This document shows, piece by piece, positions 1-12,181 of a stretch of DNA of 49,582 nucleotides. The translations under genes and the position numbers were made by a program. Source of the stretch: Thermoplasmatota archaeon (lineage in GTDB: Archaea; Thermoplasmatota; Penumbrarchaeia; Penumbrarchaeales; Penumbrarchaeaceae); NCBI GenBank assembly GCA_965234725.1, contig CBDDUX010000001.1, forward strand, positions 1 through 49,582, in the 5' to 3' direction. How positions within the stretch are numbered: position 1 is the first letter of the stretch; each line of letters opens with the position of its first letter. The notes under the pieces are model-generated. The model saw only the letters and a program-made list of their open reading frames with translations. It did not search any database and was not told where the DNA came from.

Positions 1-1
1 G

Positions 2-51
2 AGGGTAACGATGTGTTGAGCCTTTTAGGGTAAACGATGTGTTGGACCTTT
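2..51. repeat. Imperfect tandem direct repeat, 2 x ~25 bp (possibly truncated by window edge)
   Basis: agggtaacgatgtgttgagcctttt / agggtaaacgatgtgttggaccttt; exact core aacgatgtgttg at 7-18 and 33-44. Confidence 0.7.
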
Positions 52-91
52 CCATGTAGGTAAAATAGGAGTCCAATATATTATTTTATTC

Positions 92-123
92 AAAAAAAAA
101 AGAAGGGGCTTAAAACAGCCCCT
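92..123 (-). terminator. Hairpin plus U-tract terminator downstream of the PFOR gene
   Basis: Minus strand reads aggggct-gtttta-agcccct then tctttttttttt, about 25 nt after the stop codon. Confidence 0.75.
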
Positions 124-148
124 ATCGATTAATAAACAACTAATTCCT

Positions 149-3745
<3,597 letters not shown>

Positions 3746-3870
3746 CTATGGACAGCTGTAGTATAAATCTTTCCATCCCATTCCAGATGATAAAACTTTT
3801 AGTTACGAATTGTCCGATCTTTGACCAATTACAGGAAAGGAACAATAAGGTCAAGGTTTATATCGTTACG

Positions 3871-4143
3871 ATGGCGAGAGCACGCATCATATTCAGAGGA
3901 AAGGTCCAGGGTGTATGGTTCAGAGCTAACTGTCAGAAAAGGGCATTGGAACTAGGACTGAAGGGGTGGGTCAGGAACCTCCCAGAGGGTTCTGTAGAGA
4001 GTCTGGTTGAAGGACCAAAGGAGAAAATACTTGATCTCATTGAATGGAACAGGGCCTCACAACCATTTGCCAGAGTGGACGATGTCAGGATAGAGTGGGA
4101 AGAAAAGACCGGCGGTCTTTCAGCTTTTTATATTCAAAGATGA
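3871..4143 (+). CDS. acyP: Acylphosphatase
   Basis: GKVQGVWFR and GWVRNLPEGSVE motifs; start moved to ATG 3871 (90 aa). Confidence 0.92.
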   Translation: MARARIIFRGKVQGVWFRANCQKRALELGLKGWVRNLPEGSVESLVEGPKEKILDLIEWNRASQPFARVDDVRIEWEEKTGGLSAFYIQR

Positions 4144-4181
4144 CATGAATCGGATGAATTGTCTATAATATTTTTCACATC

Positions 4182-4883
4182 TCATCCGGAATTTCCAGAG
4201 GTTTGGCCCCTTGTTGCCATGAAGGGCGAAAGGGCGAGTGCCATTTCCCTGATGTTCAAGGACTGGATAATCACTTTTCCCGGACCCGTAAGCTCTGTCA
4301 TGAAAAGACCCTCCCCTCCAAAAAGCATTGATCCAACACCCTTGATCCTCGAAATGTCATACTGGATCGACTCTTCCCATGCTACGGCCGACCCTGTATC
4401 CACTTTTAATTTCTCTCCTTTTTTCAACTCTATCTCGAGGAAATCACCAGCAGCGTGGATAAAGACCTTGCCTTTGCCCTCGTACTTCTGCAGGATCAGC
4501 CCTTCTCCACCGAAGAATACCGAACCTAGTTTCTTCTGGAATGTTGTCTTCATTTCCACGGAATCCTCGGCCACCAAAAATGCATCCTTCTGAGCGATCC
4601 AGGTTCCGTCCTTTTCAGTATCTATGGGGTAGATCGTTCCAGGGACATTTCCTGCGAAACCAACGTATCCATCCCCTTTCGCTGTGAACTCTGTAAGGAA
4701 GAACGTCTCACCTGTCAAAAGCTTCCTTCCAAGGCTTTTCAGTAGACCTCCTCTGGCCTTTGCTTTCATCTCTATATCACCAAATAGCATGACAAGGGCT
4801 CCGGCTTCAGCGTACACCTTCTCTCCCTTTTCTAGCATTAGTTTGGCTATCTGCAGATTATTCCCGAATATCTTGAACTTCAT
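4182..4883 (-). CDS. AIM24 / TIGR00266 family protein
   Basis: GEKVYAEAGAL, LTGETFF, FFGGEG, LFGGEGLF..LTGPGKVIIQS; GGTGG SD before MKFKIFG. Confidence 0.88.
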   Translation of the reverse strand: MKFKIFGNNLQIAKLMLEKGEKVYAEAGALVMLFGDIEMKAKARGGLLKSLGRKLLTGETFFLTEFTAKGDGYVGFAGNVPGTIYPIDTEKDGTWIAQKDAFLVAEDSVEMKTTFQKKLGSVFFGGEGLILQKYEGKGKVFIHAAGDFLEIELKKGEKLKVDTGSAVAWEESIQYDISRIKGVGSMLFGGEGLFMTELTGPGKVIIQSLNIREMALALSPFMATRGQTSGNSG

Positions 4884-5001
4884 TACATACCACCTCTTTT
4901 CCAAAATATGATGAACCTATAGATTATTCTTACTATCCAGATTATCAAATTACTTATATTTTGGGTGTTTATTCCGAGACAACTCTCGGAGGAACCACAG
5001 G

Positions 5002-6825
5002 ATGGCATTTCAGAAGATCAAAGAGACCTTCAGATCATATGACATCCAATACTGGGTAGTCATTACCCTGGAACTTCTGGAGAGAGGTGCATATTACGGT
5101 ATCATGGGCTATTTTCCAGTTCACTGTTACAACAATCTCGGATTCTCCGCCACCCAATACGGGATCCTTTATGCTCTATTGGTTTTCCTCCTCTATCTTA
5201 TACCTTTGATATCAGCATCCCTTGCCAGGAAGTTCGGATATAAAATCATTCTAATCACTGCATTCCTGATAGTGATACCCTCCTACCTTCTGATGACCTT
5301 CACACGATCCTACATTGCATTCTTCCCCTTGATAATTGCATGGGGAATAGGTGCTGGAGCCTTCAAACCGATGGTTTCTGCAACCATTGCACATGTAACC
5401 GAAAAAGAGCACAGGAACTCTGCCTATTCCATCTACTATCTTTCCATCAACTGGGGTTCGGCTATCGCAATGGTTGGGATCGGACTGCTGATCCCTGAAA
5501 GATTTGCCCAGATAGCTTTTCTTGTGGGAACGGTCCTAATAACCGCAAATCTTCTGATCACGATTCTTTTCTACAGGAATCCCATGCCCAAGGATCCCAC
5601 AGAGAAGATCGTCAATGCATTCAAGAAGATGGCCCTGGTCCTGAGGGACAAAAAGTTCGCTATCCTCCTTTTGATCTATGCCGGTTTCTTCTTCATCTTT
5701 TCCTCGATGCATACTTTCCTTCCCATATACTACACTAATTTTGGTATTCAACCGGCAGTGTGGCTCACTGCACCACTAATTAGCGCTATCAACCCTATAA
5801 CGATAATCACACTGGGGCCATTCCTCTCAAGGTTCATGGACCGTTTCGCTTCATTGAAATTGATGATCGTTGGGATGGGACTGTTCTCTCTTGGACTCCT
5901 TATTCTTGGTTTCTTTCCTGTCGTCTATGCCATGGCCTTGGGGATATTCATCTATTCCATCGGAGAGTTCATGACACACCCCAATTTCATCTCGTACGTA
6001 TCCAAGATCGCCCCAAAGGAGAAAGTTGCCCTCTACATGGGTTATGCATTCCTTCCTTCGGCAGCAGGGAACGTTTTCGGTTCCATTTTTGGTGGTGTGA
6101 TGTTCGACAAGATCGCCGTCGATCTGGAGATGCCATCACTATTCTGGGCAATATATGTCTCCATAGGACTCATTTCCATAGGTAACTTCCTACTCTACAA
6201 TAAGTGGATCTCTTCGGGGATGGGTATTATTACGACAAAAAGGAACTTTTTCAATTCCCGACTATCCTATGTTGGTGTCTATTCTTCAATAGCGGTTATT
6301 GTCCTTGCAGGGATCAGTGCCGGAACAACCTCCTATACCGGTTATGAAAAAGATGAAGAGGATAGATGGAGAGGGCCTTTTTTCAAGATATCCGAGACTA
6401 CGTCCTATTCTGAATACCTCAATGAGGGAGGGACCATGGAATTCCCGATCAATATACCATATCCAAATGTAGTGAATTTCAATTTAACTCTGGTCTGGAC
6501 GGATGAACCTGACACCAGCAGGATAGTCAGGACATATGAGAACGGTCCTGATACGTTCAGAGCATCAATTGGAATGGCCAATTTGACAAGGGAATCAATT
6601 TCCGGGTCCAATATTCACGGTCAGCCTGGTTCGATCGAACTTGATCTGGAATTCTCAGGTGAACCGCAATACTTGAATTATACAGGTGAATATCTGATTA
6701 CAATAGAAATGCTGGATGCTGGAGATCTCTTCCCCGGAGTTGGTGTCATAGGGTTCACGGACCAGGGGAACAGCTTTGATCTGATAGTGGAATACACTTA
6801 CCTTACAGATCGCATTCCAGAATGA
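5002..6825 (+). CDS. MFS transporter (POT/PTR peptide-transporter-like) with extra C-terminal domain
   Basis: ELLERGAYYG (ExxER motif), GAFKP, YYLSINWG, about 12 hydrophobic segments, then an extra TM and a hydrophilic domain. Confidence 0.85.
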   Translation: MAFQKIKETFRSYDIQYWVVITLELLERGAYYGIMGYFPVHCYNNLGFSATQYGILYALLVFLLYLIPLISASLARKFGYKIILITAFLIVIPSYLLMTFTRSYIAFFPLIIAWGIGAGAFKPMVSATIAHVTEKEHRNSAYSIYYLSINWGSAIAMVGIGLLIPERFAQIAFLVGTVLITANLLITILFYRNPMPKDPTEKIVNAFKKMALVLRDKKFAILLLIYAGFFFIFSSMHTFLPIYYTNFGIQPAVWLTAPLISAINPITIITLGPFLSRFMDRFASLKLMIVGMGLFSLGLLILGFFPVVYAMALGIFIYSIGEFMTHPNFISYVSKIAPKEKVALYMGYAFLPSAAGNVFGSIFGGVMFDKIAVDLEMPSLFWAIYVSIGLISIGNFLLYNKWISSGMGIITTKRNFFNSRLSYVGVYSSIAVIVLAGISAGTTSYTGYEKDEEDRWRGPFFKISETTSYSEYLNEGGTMEFPINIPYPNVVNFNLTLVWTDEPDTSRIVRTYENGPDTFRASIGMANLTRESISGSNIHGQPGSIELDLEFSGEPQYLNYTGEYLITIEMLDAGDLFPGVGVIGFTDQGNSFDLIVEYTYLTDRIPE

Positions 6826-6853
6826 AAGTATCTGGATGAATCATGATACGATC

Positions 6854-7891
6854 CTATTCAAAGATCGCATCCATGTCTATGTTCTCTGTAATCAACCTTT
6901 CAAGCAGATCGACCTTCTCACTATCATCCTTAGTTATCAGGTGTTCCATATCGTCCACCTGTTTTGCAGTATGAAATGTATCTCCAGGAACAAGTAACAG
7001 AGGTATTCCATTTTTCTCCGCCTGACCGATTATATTCGAGGAAGGCAGGATATTATTGGTAAGGATTATACCGGCTGTCTCGCTCTCAATAGCCGCGAGG
7101 CACATATCCTCTCTATCTCCGGATGTGATTATCAGCTTGTTCTCCTTGGAGAATAGCGGGTTCTTCAAAGCTGCATCCCCGCTCATCGCTCCAATGTATA
7201 TCTCCTTCACTTTATTGGAGAAGTTCTCCTCCCCAGCAAGGACCTTGGCAAAGAGAAAATCAGAAATATATCCGATAGAGAGATATGTTAGGTCCTTCTG
7301 GAACGGGATCACACCGATCACCTTTATACCCAGGTTTTCTATCTTTTCCGAATAGATATCCATGAAATCCTCAACATCCTTGACCTTGTTGATTATAACA
7401 CCGTTAAAATTCACACCTGGCATGTTCAGATGATCCTTGATGAAGGTCAGGTCGTCTATGATGGAGTCATCATCCCCGCTTATTACGAAGATCAGACTCC
7501 CCTTTGTATATCTGCATATCGAGAAAGCATCCAGATTGACCGAAGATCCGTACATCATATCCTTTCCAGCTTCAATGATGAGCAGCTCCTTTTTCGGATC
7601 AATAGAATCCTTCATCTCCTCAAGTTTCTGGATAATGGTCGATTCATTATACATATAACGAAGTTTTGAATGGTCGAAGCCAATGGACATGTCCTCTGGA
7701 TCTTCATCAAGATCGAAAAGGTTCTTGATAAGGGCTGAGTCATAGTCCAGAAGTCTCTTCTTCCGGTATAGGACCCTCTCACCGAATGGTTTCAGATAGC
7801 CGAAATCCTTCTTAAGGGCCTTTCCGAGACCTACGATCATTGATGTCTTTCCGACACCATCTTTCAATGAAGCTATGATTATGGTATCCAT
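6854..7891 (-). CDS. Phosphotransacetylase N-terminal-like (BioD-like P-loop + DRTGG domain) protein
   Basis: GVGKTS, GYLKPFG, IYIGAM, LIITSGDRED; no Pta catalytic domain. Confidence 0.85.
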   Translation of the reverse strand: MDTIIIASLKDGVGKTSMIVGLGKALKKDFGYLKPFGERVLYRKKRLLDYDSALIKNLFDLDEDPEDMSIGFDHSKLRYMYNESTIIQKLEEMKDSIDPKKELLIIEAGKDMMYGSSVNLDAFSICRYTKGSLIFVISGDDDSIIDDLTFIKDHLNMPGVNFNGVIINKVKDVEDFMDIYSEKIENLGIKVIGVIPFQKDLTYLSIGYISDFLFAKVLAGEENFSNKVKEIYIGAMSGDAALKNPLFSKENKLIITSGDREDMCLAAIESETAGIILTNNILPSSNIIGQAEKNGIPLLLVPGDTFHTAKQVDDMEHLITKDDSEKVDLLERLITENIDMDAIFE

Positions 7892-7897
7892 CTTCTA

Positions 7898-10024
7898 TCA
7901 CCCCTTCTCCTTTGTTAACAGTACCCTGACATCAACAGCCTTGACTCCCTTTCCTTTTTCATAAGCCACAAGGGGATTTATCTCAATATCGGAGATATCC
8001 CTGCATGACCTGATGAGAGAACCAAGTTTTGCTATAACCTCGATGACCGTATCGATATCCCTTTCCGGTTCACCCCTCACTCCAAGGAGAAGAGGATAGG
8101 CTTTGGTTTCCTTTATCATCCTCAGTATCTCCCTGCGGGTCGTTGGGAGGGCCCTGAACGATACTTCCTTCATTACCTCGACATATATGCCTCCAAGTCC
8201 GAACATTATTGTTGGTCCGAAATTTGGATCCTGTCTGGCCCCTATTATCGTCTCTGATGTGATCTTCACCATCTCCGCGACTTCAATACCTTCAATTACG
8301 GCATTTCTGTCATAGTTCCTGCAACTCGTCATAATGGCCTGATATGCATCGATAACTTCTTCCCGATTCACCAGATCAAGGGCCACTCCTCCAGCATCGG
8401 ATTTGTGTATAATGTCCTTGGAAACAATCTTCATGACAACAGGGAATCCGATATCTTCTGCAAGTGCAATTGTATCCTGTAGGTTCTTTGCAACTTCAGA
8501 CCTGGGAACAGGAACTCCGACAATCTCCATCAACTCCTTTGCCTCGTTAGCAAGGAGGAAGGTCCTCTCATCACTTCTTACTCGAGAGATGATCTCTGAT
8601 ATGCTTTCAATATCAAGTTCCGGTTCAAGTGAGGACTCTCTCTCCTCATTCCTTATTCGATAGAATTTGTACAACGCTCCCAGGACCTGGACAGCCTCGT
8701 CAACATCTCCAAAAACCGGGACTCCTTTGTCCCTTAGAATTGTTATAGCTCTTTCGACATTCCCTCCACCAAGAAGGGAGAAGACAATCGGTTTCCCTTT
8801 TTTCTGGTATGACTTGAAGTTCTCCTCCACCATTCTCGTAAGATTCTCCGAATCAAAGGTGGCTGTCTCACAATAGAGACCGATCATTGCGTCGATCTTA
8901 TCCGTTATTAAACCGGCACCAATTGCCAGATCATAATCCTCTGATACAGAACCCCCAGTGATATCGACAGGATTCTTGAGTGATCCAAAATCAGGTGTTG
9001 CATCCTTGAATATTTCCGTCATCAGGTTGATATCATCCAGGAGATTGACCTCATATTTCTCGCAGGCATCGGTTGCCATTACTCCCACACCTCCACCGTT
9101 GGTAACGATAACAGTGTTCTCTCCTTTGGGAATCGGTGCTGTAGCCAGGAACTTTGACCAGTTGAATGCCTCATCCAGGGTATCAGCTCTCATTACTCCG
9201 CATTGTTTCATTACCTTGTCGAACACCTTATCAGAACCTGCAAGAGAACCTGTATGGGAAGCTGCCGCCATAGCACCTCTCTTGGACCTCCCGGACTTGA
9301 TCACGATCACAGGTTTCTCCCTTGTAACCTTTTTAAGTGTCTTTAATAACCTCTCACCCTTCTGGACGCCTTCAATGTACATCATGATTACCTTTGTGTT
9401 GGAATCATACCTCAAGTATTGAAGGAGGTCCGTCTCATCCAGATCGGATTTGTTCCCGAGAGAGACCATTGTCGATAGACCGATATTTTCTATGGCTGTC
9501 TTGCCTATCATAGCAATACCTAATGCTCCGCTCTGGGTAATTATCCCCACATTTCCTGAAAGGACATCCTTGGAACCGAACGTTCCATTAAATTCAGATG
9601 CACCTGAATATATACCGAATATATTGGGACCAAGCACTCTCATTCCATGTTCATGGGCGTATTCCACAATATCTTGTTCTTCCTGTTTGTTGCCGACCTC
9701 GGAAAAACCCGATGTTATTATTACAAGGAACTTCACACCTTTTTGACCGCACTCCTTAACAGATCCAAAGACCGCCTTTGAGGGTATCGATATAACGGCC
9801 ATATCCACATCCCCTTCGATGTCAAGGATGGACTTTTTCATCTCCCTGCCAAGGGCCTCCCCACCTTTTGGGTTGATCCCATGTACCTCTCCTGCAAATC
9901 CCCCCGAAATGATGTTGTCCAATATCTTGTATCCGATCTTGCTAGGGTTGTTCGAGGCCCCTATAACCGCGACCGATCTTGGTTCGAAGAGATATCTAAT
10001 ATCTGGCATGTTGTCGATCATCAA
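7898..10024 (-). CDS. Acetate--CoA ligase (ADP-forming), fused alpha/beta
   Basis: PRSVAVIGAS, LGPNIFG, phospho-His motif ASHTGSLAGS, TNGGGVG, NPVDITG, ATP-grasp IIHKSDAGGV and DIEINPL. Confidence 0.92.
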   Translation of the reverse strand: MMIDNMPDIRYLFEPRSVAVIGASNNPSKIGYKILDNIISGGFAGEVHGINPKGGEALGREMKKSILDIEGDVDMAVISIPSKAVFGSVKECGQKGVKFLVIITSGFSEVGNKQEEQDIVEYAHEHGMRVLGPNIFGIYSGASEFNGTFGSKDVLSGNVGIITQSGALGIAMIGKTAIENIGLSTMVSLGNKSDLDETDLLQYLRYDSNTKVIMMYIEGVQKGERLLKTLKKVTREKPVIVIKSGRSKRGAMAAASHTGSLAGSDKVFDKVMKQCGVMRADTLDEAFNWSKFLATAPIPKGENTVIVTNGGGVGVMATDACEKYEVNLLDDINLMTEIFKDATPDFGSLKNPVDITGGSVSEDYDLAIGAGLITDKIDAMIGLYCETATFDSENLTRMVEENFKSYQKKGKPIVFSLLGGGNVERAITILRDKGVPVFGDVDEAVQVLGALYKFYRIRNEERESSLEPELDIESISEIISRVRSDERTFLLANEAKELMEIVGVPVPRSEVAKNLQDTIALAEDIGFPVVMKIVSKDIIHKSDAGGVALDLVNREEVIDAYQAIMTSCRNYDRNAVIEGIEVAEMVKITSETIIGARQDPNFGPTIMFGLGGIYVEVMKEVSFRALPTTRREILRMIKETKAYPLLLGVRGEPERDIDTVIEVIAKLGSLIRSCRDISDIEINPLVAYEKGKGVKAVDVRVLLTKEKG

Positions 10025-11928
10025 ATCCCTCTGAAAGCCATTTTCAATTCATATACTCCGGAACTGCTCTTTTTCTGGATATCGAAACCCATCTTCTCGA
10101 ACAGATGCAGCATGGAACTGTTCTCAAGAAGGACCTCTGCCGTGAATCCGAGAAGACCCCGTCTCTTTGCCAGAGTCGTCAGATACTGAAGAAGGACCGT
10201 GCCTATTCCCTTGTTCTGGTGATCGTCCCTTATTACAAAGGCCGCTTCAGCAGTATGAGAATGTTCATCAATACCGTACTGGGCTACTCCCAGGACCATT
10301 TCCATCTCACCCTTCTGATCTATCGCAAGGATAAGCATCTCTTTTGTATAGTCAATTATTACGAAATCCTGAAGCCTTTCATGTGGCATGTCCTTTCTGG
10401 ATGAAATAAATCTTCGGTAAATGGATTTGTCAGAAAGGGAATAGAAGAAATCTTTCAGGAGTGGTTCATCGGAGATCTTTACCGGCCTGAGCAGGATGGG
10501 ATCACCCTCCAATGTGGTCTTGTATGTCTCCAGATGTTCTGGGTACTCTCCCCTCTTTCCGGGAATGAATGCTTGGTCCTTGAAGATCAATCCAAGTTCC
10601 TTTGCCTGTTCGATAAGTGTCTTCCTGAATTTGGGATGTGCTATTGCTATTAGGTCCATAGCTCTCTCTCTGATATTTTTGCCATGGATGTAAGCGATTC
10701 CGTATTCCGTCACCACATAATGGACATCCCCACGGTTCAAGGTCACGCCTGCTCCTTCAGGGAGAAAAGGCACTATCCTTGAAACGGAATTGTCAATAGC
10801 TGCTGATCTAAGGACAAGGATAGTCTTCCCCCCCGGGGAAAGGGTTGCACCTCTCATGAAATCAGCCTGCCCGCCTATTCCACTGTAAAAAGTTGTACCG
10901 ATGGATTCAGCTGTGGCCTGGCCAGTAAGATCGATCTGAAGTGCTGAATTGATCGCAACCATTCTTCGGTTTTGGGCTATTGTCAGCGGATTGTTGACAT
11001 AATCAATGGTGTTAAACTCTACCGCAGGATTATCGTCGATGAACTCATACGTGGATGGCTTTCCCATGCAAAAAGAGGCGATCGATTTTCCCCGATGAAT
11101 GGATTTCTTATCATTGGTTATGATTCCCTTCCTCATCAGATCGGCAAGACCGTCAGTGAAAAGTTCTGTATGAACACCAAGGTCCTTCTTTTTATCAAGA
11201 TTTGATAGGATCGCATTTGGAATTGAACCGTATCCAACCTGGATGGTTTCTCCGTCCTCGATGATCCTGGCTACATATCCGCCGATGGATTGAGAAATAT
11301 CATCAGGGATGCTGGGTTCATATTCAAGCAAAGGTTCGTAATGTGGAACAATATAGTCCAAGTCCTCAATGTGGAGGAAAGTATTTCCATGGGTCCTGGG
11401 CATATAGCTGTTGACCTGGGCGATGACCAGTTTTGAGGATTCTACAGCTGCCTTCACTATATCCACACTGATGCCAAGACTAACATAACCATGTGGATCC
11501 GGTCTTGATACCTGAATCAGAGCTACATCCATTGGTTCCAATCCACTGTAGAACATCTCCGGCACCTGAGAAAGAAAGATCGGAGTATAATCTGCCAATC
11601 CGGTATTCACAGCATCTCTTGTATTGTTTCCAACGAAGAATGAATTGTGCCTGAAATTGGATTTGTACCTCTCATCCGTATATGGAGCTACACCCAGTGT
11701 CCATACATGGAATACCTCAGCATCGAAGAAGGCCTTGGGATGGGATTGTATGTAATTCATCATGGCCTTTATCAGATATTGAGGCTGCCCGCAACCTGTA
11801 CCAATGAATATCTTATCCCCTCTTCGGAACTTGTTGAAGAGGACTTCCTCGGGGACGACCTTGTCAGGATAGCGTTCAGCCCATCTCCTGAAATTTGCCT
11901 CCCTTATATCTGATTCTTCATCTGTCAA
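10021..11928 (-). CDS. Acetyl-CoA hydrolase/CoA-transferase fused to a C-terminal GNAT acetyltransferase
   Basis: IQVGYGSIPNA, GVHTELF, SGIGGQADF, VVTEYGIA; C-terminal LRPVKISD, AEAAFVIRDDHQNKGIG, MLHLFEKMGF. Confidence 0.9.
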   Translation of the reverse strand: MTDEESDIREANFRRWAERYPDKVVPEEVLFNKFRRGDKIFIGTGCGQPQYLIKAMMNYIQSHPKAFFDAEVFHVWTLGVAPYTDERYKSNFRHNSFFVGNNTRDAVNTGLADYTPIFLSQVPEMFYSGLEPMDVALIQVSRPDPHGYVSLGISVDIVKAAVESSKLVIAQVNSYMPRTHGNTFLHIEDLDYIVPHYEPLLEYEPSIPDDISQSIGGYVARIIEDGETIQVGYGSIPNAILSNLDKKKDLGVHTELFTDGLADLMRKGIITNDKKSIHRGKSIASFCMGKPSTYEFIDDNPAVEFNTIDYVNNPLTIAQNRRMVAINSALQIDLTGQATAESIGTTFYSGIGGQADFMRGATLSPGGKTILVLRSAAIDNSVSRIVPFLPEGAGVTLNRGDVHYVVTEYGIAYIHGKNIRERAMDLIAIAHPKFRKTLIEQAKELGLIFKDQAFIPGKRGEYPEHLETYKTTLEGDPILLRPVKISDEPLLKDFFYSLSDKSIYRRFISSRKDMPHERLQDFVIIDYTKEMLILAIDQKGEMEMVLGVAQYGIDEHSHTAEAAFVIRDDHQNKGIGTVLLQYLTTLAKRRGLLGFTAEVLLENSSMLHLFEKMGFDIQKKSSSGVYELKMAFRGI

Positions 11929-12005
11929 AGGAACGCTTCCCGGTATGGTCGCCTATTGATAACTGGTATTTGAAACTTCCTAGGTCAATTCAAAGTGATT
12001 ATTTA

Positions 12006-12036
12006 AACTTTAACTAACTATATGGCAGTTAAAGTT
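12006..12036. promoter_or_regulatory. Perfect 10-bp inverted repeat (putative operator) in divergent promoter region
   Basis: aactttaact-N11-agttaaagtt. Confidence 0.55.
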
Positions 12037-12181
12037 AAGATTGTTTAGGACAATCTCTTCTTATTTCCAATAAATTTGTTACGAAATCGATTTTTCCTTA
12101 TTGGATGGTCAGGCAAATTTCGTTGTCCTGCTATTTTATGAACCGATATAATAAAATATCAGGTATTATGGATGATGTAAC

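Noticed and set aside
2-51. CRISPR array
   Set aside because: Units are directly adjacent with no spacers, and only two copies are visible
3802-12085. Shared 8-mer gttacgaa upstream of PFOR (3802) and the acetate operon (12078)
   Set aside because: One shared 8-mer between two 200-250 bp regions is expected by chance, and it is not palindromic
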